Origin: Pseudomonadota bacterium
Lineage (GTDB): Bacteria; Myxococcota_A; Polyangia; Palsa-1104; JAEUJZ01
NCBI GenBank assembly: GCA_035340095.1
Contig: DAORGN010000004.1
Coordinates: 1-60,451, forward strand
Reading direction: 5' to 3'
Length of the DNA stretch: 60,451 nucleotides
This document shows positions 1 to 9,320 of this stretch, in pieces (the stretch's first letter is position 1; the number at the start of each line of letters is the position of its first letter). Position numbers and translations under genes: made by a program. The notes under the pieces are model-generated. The model ran no database searches. It saw nothing but the letters and a program-made list of their open reading frames with translations, and had not been told where the DNA came from.

Positions 1-447
1 GCGCAACGCACCAATTGTGAGCAGCGACTCGTCATCGGGCAGCTCAGGGCGGCTCGGCGTTGGTGCGTTTTCTTCTTTGCCGCTGCGTCGCAGCACTGCG
101 GAAATCCGCAAAAGCAGCTCGCGCACCGAAAACGGCTTGACCACGTAGTCGTCGGCGCCAAGCTCAAAGCCGACGATGCGGTCGCTCTCTTCGCCGCAGG
201 CCGTCAGCATCACCACTTTGATGGGCGCGGTGCGCGGATTTTGACGCAGCTTGAGCAGCACCTGCGTCCCCGGTATGTCGGGCAGCATGCGATCGAGAAT
301 CAGCAGATCGGGCGCAAACTCTTCGCACAAAGACAGACCTTCGCCCCCGTGGGTGGAAGTCTGCACCTCGTGCCCGGCGTTGCGCAGGTTCCAGGCCAGG
401 ATTTGCTGAAGATCAACCTCGTCTTCGATCACAACTATCTTCGCCAT
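1..447 (-). CDS. OmpR/PhoB-family response regulator (3' end runs off the window)
   Basis: Not in the ORF track. My translation from ATG 447 is MAKIVVIEDEVDLQQILAWNL...DLLILDRMLPD...VVMLTA...GADDYVVKPFSVRELLLRI, a receiver domain with canonical motifs. GGAG SD and TACACT -10 lie upstream. Confidence 0.9.
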   Translation of the reverse strand, partial: MAKIVVIEDEVDLQQILAWNLRNAGHEVQTSTHGGEGLSLCEEFAPDLLILDRMLPDIPGTQVLLKLRQNPRTAPIKVVMLTACGEESDRIVGFELGADDYVVKPFSVRELLLRISAVLRRSGKEENAPTPSRPELPDDESLLTIGALR

Positions 448-640
448 GCGAGCGGTCTCCGTGGCCCGCAGTGTAGGTCGACTGCTGGGTTGCCGGGGAC
501 TGCGGAAGCATCGAAACGATGTGACATTTTCGTAACGCCTTTTCGAGAGCAAACTGCGGTAGACTGAAGCACACTGGCCGTCGCTTGCGAGGGGAAGTAA
601 GAGGACGGTAGAAGCGATGGCCAGCATGGGAGTGCGCTAG

Positions 641-1270
641 ATGCAAGACTGGCTGGATTGTCGCCTCTCTGACGAAGCTGTCGTTCTCCGCTCCCCACAG
701 CGGGTTCGGAAACCGGCACTCCGAACGATTCGGGACGCGAGCTTGGCCTCGGCGGCGGTCGCGGCCTGTACCTTGGCCCTGTCGGTGCGCTCGGAACGAA
801 TCTTTATCCTTCTGTGCGTCGTCTGGCTCGGGCTGACGCTTCTGACTTCGCTGATCTTTATTCCCATCTCGCTTTTGACCGATGCGCGGTTCGTCGAAAT
901 GAGCGGCGATCTGCGGTCGCGAACCTATGACATGACGGTGATGTCGGGGCTGCGCGAAAAGAAGCTGTCGGGCAGCTTCGATGACTTTGCCAGTGTGCTT
1001 CTGCGTTCCGAGCTGGTGTCCGACGGCCTGGCCGCGCCATTTCGCCAGCAGTACATTTTCCTGTGCTGGCATAAGGAACGGCGCGATCCCCTGGGTCCGA
1101 TCGTGTTTCGTCGGGTGTCGTCAGGCGGAGAGTTTGGCAACCAAAAGGCCGTCGCCGCCGATCTGGCCGAAGCGATGGGCTTGCCCCTGATTGATGCGAC
1201 GGCTGGACGAGGCAGCGGGCGACAGTCGACCGATCACATGCCGAGCATGGCTGCTGTCGACGTGGTGTAG
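641..1270 (+). CDS. hypothetical membrane protein
   Basis: 209-aa ORF with two hydrophobic segments and a GGGAG SD; no family recognised. Confidence 0.55.
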   Translation: MQDWLDCRLSDEAVVLRSPQRVRKPALRTIRDASLASAAVAACTLALSVRSERIFILLCVVWLGLTLLTSLIFIPISLLTDARFVEMSGDLRSRTYDMTVMSGLREKKLSGSFDDFASVLLRSELVSDGLAAPFRQQYIFLCWHKERRDPLGPIVFRRVSSGGEFGNQKAVAADLAEAMGLPLIDATAGRGSGRQSTDHMPSMAAVDVV

Positions 1271-1273
1271 CGG

Positions 1274-2278
1274 CTACGGCAGGTGGCCGGTCTCACGAAA
1301 CCAAGTGACAGCATCGCCGACGGTTTCCGACAGCGGACGGATGCGATGACCTAGCTCGCGCATCGCTTTGTCGGATCGGAAATCACACGGACTTTGCAGG
1401 ATCTGGATCGACTGCGGCGTCAGAAGCGGCGATGTCTTGGTCAGATGTGCCACGGTTTCAATCACCGGTGCCACAGGTGCGAGCAGCCACAGCGGCGCAC
1501 TATACCGCGGCGCTCGCTTGCCACCCGCTTCGGCGACCAGCTCTGCCAGCTTGCGAATCGATCCAACTTCGCCGCCCAGGATGTACTTGTGCCCACGCTG
1601 GCCTTTTTCGACGGCAGAAATCGCGCTCGATACCACTTCGCGGACGTCGACCCAGTTGTAAATTCCCGGCACCACCATCGGGAAACGCCCACGCGCAAAG
1701 TCGAGCAGGGTTCGCCCAATGCGCGATGGTCCATGATCGTTTGGGCCCATGATTCCCGACGGATTGAGGATCACGGCATCCAGACCTTTTTCGACCGCGC
1801 GCATCACTTCACGCTCCCCGAGCGATTTGCTGCGATCGTAAGCAGGCGCCGCGTCGCCATGGACAAGCGGCGTGGTTTCGTCCATCGGTTCGTCATGCGG
1901 CGGCACTTCGAAGGCGTGGACCGAACTAAAGTGAATCATCCGTCGCACGCCGTTTTCCAGACAGGCCGAAGCAACATTGCGCGGGCCTTCAACATTGGTC
2001 CGCAGCACGCCTTCGGCATCGTGGCGGCTGATCGAAATCTGCGCCGCCAGGTGAAACACCACCTCGGCACCTGAAAACGCGCGCTGGAGCGTGCCGGGGG
2101 AAAGCACGTCCCCGTGATGAATTTCGATGTCGCTCCCCGGTGGAAGCCGCTTTCGCAGGCCCTGTTCTGCGCGTGAGCCAGCGTGAAGCAAGGCGCGCAC
2201 TTTGTGTCCCTGTGAGAGCAGCTCGGCAATCAAGTTGGTTCCAACAAAGCCCGTGGCTCCCGTGACTGCGACGATCAT
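1274..2278 (-). CDS. NAD-dependent epimerase/dehydratase (dihydroflavonol reductase/HpnA-like extended SDR)
   Basis: MIVAVTGATGFVG Rossmann motif, VFHLAA, YDRSK (YxxxK). AAGGAG SD precedes ATG 2278, shortened from the track start. Confidence 0.9.
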   Translation of the reverse strand: MIVAVTGATGFVGTNLIAELLSQGHKVRALLHAGSRAEQGLRKRLPPGSDIEIHHGDVLSPGTLQRAFSGAEVVFHLAAQISISRHDAEGVLRTNVEGPRNVASACLENGVRRMIHFSSVHAFEVPPHDEPMDETTPLVHGDAAPAYDRSKSLGEREVMRAVEKGLDAVILNPSGIMGPNDHGPSRIGRTLLDFARGRFPMVVPGIYNWVDVREVVSSAISAVEKGQRGHKYILGGEVGSIRKLAELVAEAGGKRAPRYSAPLWLLAPVAPVIETVAHLTKTSPLLTPQSIQILQSPCDFRSDKAMRELGHRIRPLSETVGDAVTWFRETGHLP

Positions 2279-2378
2279 GTGGCGAATGGCTCCTTGTCCC
2301 AAAAAGGTCGGAAGGACACATAAAACCTCAAGTTGACGGGCACTTCCAAGCGACGAAATAGTGGTGTACGGTTCCACT

Positions 2379-2549
2379 ATGTCTAGTGGCCGTCGTGAAA
2401 CTCCCAATCCAAACGCTGATCCAGCCGATGTCGCTCGCGAGATTTTGCAGGGCGGACAGACCAGCGAGTCCGATACCAATGATTCCGACGATGATGGTTC
2501 GGAAGAACGTGGTCAGTCGGGAACCAAAGGCACCGGCTCGGCTGGTTAA
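2379..2549 (+). CDS. small acidic hypothetical protein (56 aa)
   Basis: MSSGRRETPNPNADPADVAREILQGG...; preceded by TTCCAA-N17-TACGGT-N6-ATG, and the stop abuts a terminator hairpin. Confidence 0.45.
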   Translation: MSSGRRETPNPNADPADVAREILQGGQTSESDTNDSDDDGSEERGQSGTKGTGSAG

Positions 2550-2588
2550 AAAAAAAGCGCCACCCAGTCATCCTGAGCAGCGCTTTTT
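2548..2588. terminator. intrinsic terminator, strongest on minus strand, possibly bidirectional
   Basis: A9-GCGC...GCGC-T5. The minus strand reads GCGCTGCTCAG-gatga-CTGGGTGGCGC-T9 (stem with G-U pairs). It sits between convergent ORFs. Confidence 0.75.
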
Positions 2589-2607
2589 GTCTACGACCTA
2601 GCCGAAG

Positions 2608-2757
2608 TTAGGTCGTGGTCTTCTTGTCCTTGGTTTCGGTCTTGCCCTTGCTGTCGGCGGTCTTCTGGTCTTTGTGGGCACCGCCTTCGCCGGGGCAGGC
2701 AATCGCAGCATTCGCCAGGAACAGAGAACCAAGGACCATCGCCATAACAGTCTTCAT
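2608..2757 (-). CDS. small secreted protein (49 aa)
   Basis: Below the track cutoff. MKTVMAMVLGSLFLANAAIA-CPGEGGAHKDQKTADSKGKTETKDKKTTT*, with a GAGGAGG SD and a classic signal peptide. Confidence 0.8.
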   Translation of the reverse strand: MKTVMAMVLGSLFLANAAIACPGEGGAHKDQKTADSKGKTETKDKKTTT

Positions 2758-2876
2758 GGGGAACCTCCTCTACTTCACGGGGACTTTTCGCTGCGACAAA
2801 CCACTTGCCGCAACAAGTGCATTACATCGGATGCCTCTGACATCGCTAGGATTTCAGTGGGTTTCCGCCGCCGCGT

Positions 2877-3923
2877 TTAGCTGGGCGTGTTCACTTCGAT
2901 CAGGTAAGCCAGCGCGTCCTGCTGCTGGACTTGGATCTGCACGGGCAAAAACGCGCGCACGGTGTCGATCTGGGTCAGCGTGTGCAGCGACGGTTTGGTC
3001 GTCAGATAGGCGCCGCCTTGGCCCAGCGCGAGCGGCAAAATAAGCTGGTCCGCCAGGTGTTCCCCAACGGGAACATCGGCATCGAGGAAGGCCTGCGCTT
3101 CGTCTGCACACGCGGCAGCGACGTCTTCGGCTTTGACCCCGCGTTCACCGATCGCCGAAAACAGCTCGCATCCATCGTCGCTGTCGACTTGCAGCAGCAC
3201 GGCATTGCCCGGCCCCAGGCAGTCGGTCAGCGCACGAACCCGGCAGTCGAGCGGTGACAAACCAAACCGTTTTTGCAGCACCGCCTGTTCCCGCCTGGCG
3301 ACGTGATCAGGAATTCGCGAAAGCAACACCTCGGCAGTGAGCTTGCGATGCGGCGACCGACCAAGCAGCTGCAGCCGATGTTGCGCGGTCGAAGGGACTA
3401 TCGACACCGTCAGTTCGCCACCGCCCAGTGGATAAAAGCCGGGGCGCACAAGCTGCATCGAAACGCGGTATCCAAGCTGCAAAAGCCGAGGCAAAAAAAC
3501 CCGATCAACGAACTCAAACGGCGGCGCTTTGACGTTGTGCGTTCCGCCCCGCAAGACAAGCTGCGACGGACCCGACGCAAAAAGCAGCGAGGGCAAAAGG
3601 GTCTGAAGCAGCAGCAGCGTGCTCCCCGCGGTCCCGACGTCAAAGACGTACTTGCCCGCTGCCACGGCTTGCTTTGGTTCAAACCACAGCGATGTGGAAC
3701 CGATCGCAGCGCCTTCGACAAAGGCAGCGCCAATTCGCTGCGCCGCCAGAACGGCTTGCAGGTGTTGCGGACGCAGCCCCGGCTTGTCGCGATGTTTGCG
3801 AATGTCACGCAGGCGAAAGGGCCGCCCGGTGTGAAGAGACAGCGACAGCGCCGTGCGCAATATCTGGCCGCCGCCTTCGCCGTGTCCGCCGTCTAGCTCG
3901 ATTGGGCCTGCTGCGTGTTCCAA
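2877..3923 (-). CDS. rtcA: RNA 3'-terminal phosphate cyclase
   Basis: IELDGGHGEGGGQILRTALSLS, RPGFYPLGGGE, VGEHLADQL with the catalytic His; TTG start. Confidence 0.95.
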   Translation of the reverse strand: MEHAAGPIELDGGHGEGGGQILRTALSLSLHTGRPFRLRDIRKHRDKPGLRPQHLQAVLAAQRIGAAFVEGAAIGSTSLWFEPKQAVAAGKYVFDVGTAGSTLLLLQTLLPSLLFASGPSQLVLRGGTHNVKAPPFEFVDRVFLPRLLQLGYRVSMQLVRPGFYPLGGGELTVSIVPSTAQHRLQLLGRSPHRKLTAEVLLSRIPDHVARREQAVLQKRFGLSPLDCRVRALTDCLGPGNAVLLQVDSDDGCELFSAIGERGVKAEDVAAACADEAQAFLDADVPVGEHLADQLILPLALGQGGAYLTTKPSLHTLTQIDTVRAFLPVQIQVQQQDALAYLIEVNTPS

Positions 3924-3961
3924 AGTGCCCTCTTGGCTAGCCTACCTGTCCGACGACACGG

Positions 3962-5056
3962 TTACTTGGGAAAACCTTGGGTCGACGGTCCTGCGGTGTG
4001 ACACGCCACGCACTGATAGGCATCCAGGTAGCTGCGGTTTTTGTAGTAGCTCGGGTCGGGCAGCTCGGAACCTTGGCCGGCGCCCATCCGCGACGCCGCC
4101 GCATCGATCAGCAGCTTGAGCCGAGCCGATCGCTCGGGCAAACGCGACCGGACGGGAAAATGCGACACCGCCGGGTCCATCGCCGCTTGGCTCGCAGCCG
4201 AAAGAAACTGATCGGCCACTTTGAAACGCATCGCCGCTTCGGGCACCAGCGTTCCTGCCTGCGCCGGGTTTAGGTCGGCACGCTGAAGCTGTGACTCGCC
4301 GCGCTTGGCCAGCAGATCGGCCAGCAACAGCGGCCCCATCACTTCGCGCGTGAGCGTCCGTTCGCCCGTTTTTGGCAGAGGCTGCGGCCCAAGCGAGCAG
4401 TTAAACCGCGATGTGCCACAGGCCACGCTGATCAGCTGCTCGACGTGAGGTGCGTAGCCAGGGTGAAGGTTGGGATCGCGGACCAACATCATCGCCGTGA
4501 ACGTGTCAAACCAGCTCTGGCTCGCCGCTGAATTTATCCCGAGCAGCACATCGGCGGTGTACATGCCGTCGATGGTCTGGAGAGTAAACCCGCACGAGCG
4601 GATCACACTGGCGATTCGATCGTCGGTCGGATCGAGATCCGCCGCCCGTCGCAGCCATTCGAGCGCTTTGTTCATCCGCGCACGCTGTTCGTCCTGGTCA
4701 TCGCCTTTCGAGTAGCGCGGTGGACGGGTCAGCTGTTCCAGTTTGAGGTAGCCATCTTCGACGGCGTGCTGACCAGCCACGAGCGCAAACGCGGCATAGA
4801 GCAGTGCCCGCGCCGCGTTTTTCTGATCGACTTCCTCGACGATTTCGCCGTTGTCGAGCTTTGTCAGCGTGTCTTTGGCGATCTGGTCCCAGCGTCGCTC
4901 GAAATCGGGAAACGCCGCGCGCGTGTCATCGGAAAGCAGGTTCAGACCTTGGAAAAAACGCGGCTTGTCGGTGGCGAAGCTCGGGGGCGCATCGTCGCCC
5001 TTTCCGCAAGCCGACAAAAGTAGCAGCGACGGCAGCACAACACGAAAGAGCGACAT
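3962..5056 (-). CDS. hypothetical lipoprotein with a C-terminal CxxCH heme-binding motif
   Basis: MSLFRVVLPSLLLLSAC lipobox, AGGAG SD, helical body, YQCVACHT 11 aa from the C-terminus. Confidence 0.7.
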   Translation of the reverse strand: MSLFRVVLPSLLLLSACGKGDDAPPSFATDKPRFFQGLNLLSDDTRAAFPDFERRWDQIAKDTLTKLDNGEIVEEVDQKNAARALLYAAFALVAGQHAVEDGYLKLEQLTRPPRYSKGDDQDEQRARMNKALEWLRRAADLDPTDDRIASVIRSCGFTLQTIDGMYTADVLLGINSAASQSWFDTFTAMMLVRDPNLHPGYAPHVEQLISVACGTSRFNCSLGPQPLPKTGERTLTREVMGPLLLADLLAKRGESQLQRADLNPAQAGTLVPEAAMRFKVADQFLSAASQAAMDPAVSHFPVRSRLPERSARLKLLIDAAASRMGAGQGSELPDPSYYKNRSYLDAYQCVACHTAGPSTQGFPK

Positions 5057-5158
5057 CGGCGGTGAACTCCTGACAAAACAAGTGGGCGAAAGCGCAAACG
5101 CGGCCCGAACTTGCGACAGGAACCACAGCAAAATCAAGCGCCTCGAAAACCGAGGCAG

Positions 5159-5240
5159 TGCGAGAGAAGGGAGTCGAACCCTTAAGCCTTTCGGCGCCAG
5201 ATCCTAAGTCTGGTGCGTCTGCCAGTTCCGCCACTCTCGC
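5159..5240 (-). tRNA. tRNA-Leu(TAG)
   Basis: GCGAGAGTGGCGGAACTGGCAGACGCA-CCAGA-CTTAGGA-TCTGG-long variable arm-GGTTCGACTCCC-TTCTCTCGCA; CCA is not encoded. Confidence 0.95.
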
Positions 5241-5283
5241 GCGAGGACAGTGTAACTGCCCTGTCGTTCACCAGAAAATCGGC

Positions 5284-5313
5284 AAAAAAAAAGCCGTAGT
5301 CAAGGACTACGGC
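5284..5313 (-). terminator. intrinsic terminator downstream of tRNA-Lys
   Basis: Minus strand GCCGTAGTC-ctt-GACTACGGC-T9, a perfect 9-bp stem. Confidence 0.85.
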
Positions 5314-5323
5314 CAAATTTTTG

Positions 5324-5396
5324 TGAGCCCAGTAGGAATCGAACCTACAACAAACGGATTAAGAGTCCGCTGCTCTGCCAGTTGAGCTATGGGCCC
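5324..5396 (-). tRNA. tRNA-Lys(CTT)
   Basis: GGGCCCATAGCTCAACTGGCAGAGCA-GCGGA-CTCTTAA-TCCGT-TTGTTGTAGGTTCGATTCCTACTGGGCTCA; 73-nt cloverleaf. Confidence 0.95.
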
Positions 5397-5415
5397 GTGC
5401 AAGAAGTGCGTATGT

Positions 5416-5443
5416 ATTGCGATAAAAGGGCGGCCCCTGTCAA
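5416..5443 (-). promoter_or_regulatory. putative sigma70 promoter for tRNA-Lys
   Basis: Perfect TTGACA at 5438-5443 (minus); only a weak -10 candidate downstream. Confidence 0.4.
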
Positions 5444-5490
5444 CCACAAATCTTTACAAGGTCCGCTCTTTTTTGCACTTCCGTCGGAAA

Positions 5491-6567
5491 CTACAGCTTG
5501 TAGAAGTAGACGACGTCCGCTCCGGTATCGGGAACCGCGAGGACTTTGCCCACCGGATCCCAGCCGATGTCGGTCGCGGTCGTGGCGCCATCCTGGGCGA
5601 CGTTGCGCAGGATCGTCTGTGCACCGGTGCTCGGATCGACGCTGTAGACAATCTTGTCGCCGGGCGAAGCGATCATGTACTTGTTTGCGACGGTGTCTTT
5701 TTCGATGCCCTGGTACGCGAGCGAGTTCTTGGTGCTGTTGACGAGCCGGGTGCGGCCAGAGCCATCGAGATTGCAGGTGCTGATGCCGCCCGATTGCATG
5801 ATGACCTGGTTGATACCAGCCTCGGCAATTACCACCTTGGTGCCATCGATATAGACGCCGCTTGTGCCAGCAAAGGTATCAGCGGCAACGATGGTGGTTG
5901 GATTGGCCCCGGCTGCAAACGGCGCCGTGAACTTGAGCAGGCGTCGACCCGTGGCATCGGCGACGTAGGCGTTGTTGCTCGAATCAAGCGCGACGTCGAT
6001 CATAAACGTCGGATAGCCAGCCAGCGACGCGAGACCGCCCGCCGCCACCGTTGCGCTTTGCAAAGGCGCCACCGTCGTCGGGTTGGCCATGTCGATCGCC
6101 CACAGCTTGTCGATGTTGCCGACGTACAGCTTGCCGCCACCGCCGCGCAGACCAAACGGCGCATTGAGCCGCGGCGTCGCCGTGTTGGGATACCAAGCGT
6201 GATTCGGGTTCATCAGGTTGGCCGGCACCTTCGAGATGAACGCCGTCATGTTGGTCGAAAACGTCTTGGGGTCCGTCACCGTGGCGCCACCGACGTTCGA
6301 TACATACCAAGAGCTGGTGGCGGCGTCCCAGAACGCCGACGTCGGCTGCTTGAAGCCGGTCACTTTCGTAGGAGCAGCCACCCCCGCAAGGTCAGGATTG
6401 GTCAGCGCCATGTCACCGCTGCCCGTGGCCATGTCCGTCGAACCCACCGCCATGTCAGCGGTGTCAGTGGGCGTGTTTCCCATCGGGTCGTTGTTGCAGT
6501 TGAAAAGCGCCACCGATGCAATCACCGACGCAGCCAGACCAAGCGAAGCGAACGTAAGTTTGTTCAT
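5491..6567 (-). CDS. beta-propeller lipoprotein (SMP-30/gluconolactonase/NHL-like)
   Basis: MNKLTFASLGLAASVIASVALFNC signal/lipobox, AGGAG SD, repeated blade motifs (DVALDSSNNAYVAD, DIGWDPVGKVLAVPD). Confidence 0.75.
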   Translation of the reverse strand: MNKLTFASLGLAASVIASVALFNCNNDPMGNTPTDTADMAVGSTDMATGSGDMALTNPDLAGVAAPTKVTGFKQPTSAFWDAATSSWYVSNVGGATVTDPKTFSTNMTAFISKVPANLMNPNHAWYPNTATPRLNAPFGLRGGGGKLYVGNIDKLWAIDMANPTTVAPLQSATVAAGGLASLAGYPTFMIDVALDSSNNAYVADATGRRLLKFTAPFAAGANPTTIVAADTFAGTSGVYIDGTKVVIAEAGINQVIMQSGGISTCNLDGSGRTRLVNSTKNSLAYQGIEKDTVANKYMIASPGDKIVYSVDPSTGAQTILRNVAQDGATTATDIGWDPVGKVLAVPDTGADVVYFYKL

Positions 6568-6746
6568 GGACAGGACTCCTTGAGGGAAAGAGACGACAAG
6601 TCCGCGGGGACTCGACGATAGGGACGCATTATACCTTTTGCGTGAAGCGGTCTTCAGGCATTTGCGAAGCAGAGACCCTCGCTTGCCAACCCCCCCGCTC
6701 GCCAAGCTGTGCTCAAATGGGAGCATTTCGTCGGGGGCTCGTTACC

Positions 6747-8239
6747 ATGGCAAACACATCGCTGCGCATTTCCCCCCGCGTCCACCTGTGGCTGCTGTGC
6801 GGAACGGTCCTTTCGGCGCTGTTTGGTTTTGTCTATGCGCGGCTCGTCTGTCAGTACATCTGCGCGCTGCCGACAGATCGTCTGGCCCGCAACATCGCGA
6901 TTGTGTCGCTGGCCCAGTTTGCGCTGCGCCACCATCTGCTGACGCGACCCATTCCTTGGCAATCGACCCGCACGACCGCTCGCACGTTGTTCCTGCGGTC
7001 TGTGCTGTCGTGGTTCGTCGCTGGTGCGCTGGCGATCGGGCTTCACTTTGCGCTGTATCCAGACTTTCCGGTGGGCAGCCACTTCAAGTTTGCGCTGGCG
7101 TATTGGGCGCTCGGTGGTGGACTGTGTACCCAACTGGAATACCTGCTGTTTGAACAGGAGTTCCCGGCCCAGGCGGTCGACGGTGCAAACCCGCTGCGCG
7201 AGCGACTGCGCGATCGTCTGATCGAAGGCTATGCGATCTATACGCTGACACCGGCACTGGTGCTGCTTTTGACACTGCTGCGCGTGGTCCGCGAGCTGGG
7301 TGGCACGACGCAGCAGGTCATCGAATCCGCTCTGCTGATGGGGGTCTTTGCCGGGATGGCTCTGCTTGCGGCGCTGCTGTTCGGACGTAGCTTGCGCAAA
7401 GACAGCGAACGACTGATGGAAGCGGTGCGCAAAGTGGGCCAAGGAGACTTTTCCCCGCGTGCCAAAACCACCCGTGCCGATGAGCTGTCTCAGGTCGCCG
7501 TCGGCATCAATGAAATGGCAAGCGGTCTGCTTCTGCGCGAGCGCATTCGCGACGCTTTCGGGCGCTTCGTTTCGCCGCAGGTGGCGACTGAGTTTATCGA
7601 AACCTACGCCAAGTCTGGTCGCAGCGCCGAGCTGGGAGGCAAACGCCGCGACGTGGTCATCCTGTTTAGCGATCTGCGCGACTTTACCCCGCTGTCGGAA
7701 TCGCTCCCGCCCGAGCGGCTGATCGAAGTGCTAAATGGCTATTTTGCGGAAATGGTCGCGGCAATACATCAGCAGCACGGCATCGTCGACAAGTTCATCG
7801 GCGATGCGGTGCTGGCGGTGTTCGGCTTGGTTGACTCCCCGACGGGTCAGGCAGGCGAAAATCCCGCGATTTCGGCGGTACGGGCGGCGCAGACAATGCA
7901 GCGACAGCTTCGGTTGTATAACGACACGCTTCGGCAGCAAGGCATCCGCTTGTCGGCGGGAATCGGCATTCATGCCGGTGAAGTGATCGCGGGCTATTTG
8001 GGCACGCACGAAAGGATGGAATACACGGTCATCGGTCACAACGTGAACGTCGCCGCTCGATTGGAAAGCAAAGCCCGCGAGCCGCTGCCGACGCTGCTGT
8101 TTAGCGATGAAGTGGCGCGACGGATCGGGCACACGCTGCCGGTCCGTGCCGCAGGGGAAGTACAGCTCAAAGGGGTCACGAGTGCGATGCCGGTCTTTAC
8201 CGTTGATGAACCGCCAACGCTCCCCATTGGATCGAGCGG

Positions 8240-8246
<7 letters not shown>
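6747..8246 (+). CDS. membrane class III adenylate/guanylate cyclase with HAMP domain
   Basis: Several TM helices, HAMP (DELSQVAVGINEM), FSDLRDFT, VDKFIGDAVLA, IGIHAGEVIAG, VNVAARLES. The Lys in DKFIGD suggests ATP specificity. Confidence 0.92.
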
Positions 8247-9241
<995 letters not shown>

Positions 9242-9320
9242 CGTCAATCCTCCCTCCCAAGTTGTCGAGCTACTAACGCAATCGTTCCCCATGCCTTACA
9301 CGGTCTGATAGATTTTTTTG

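Noticed and set aside
1274-2278. Hopanoid biosynthesis cluster implied by the HpnA-like epimerase
   Set aside because: No shc or other hpn genes are nearby, and the family is broad.
2333-2338. TTGACG as the -35 for the small ORF at 2379
   Set aside because: It is 28 nt from the -10 candidate, outside normal spacing.
1-5396. tRNA-Leu or tRNA-Lys as an integration site for an island
   Set aside because: No integrase or other mobility gene, and I saw no duplicated tRNA 3' end in the window.
6628-6633. Perfect TATAAT (minus) upstream of the beta-propeller gene
   Set aside because: Plausible, but there is no matching -35 or TGn extension, so it was not listed as a feature.
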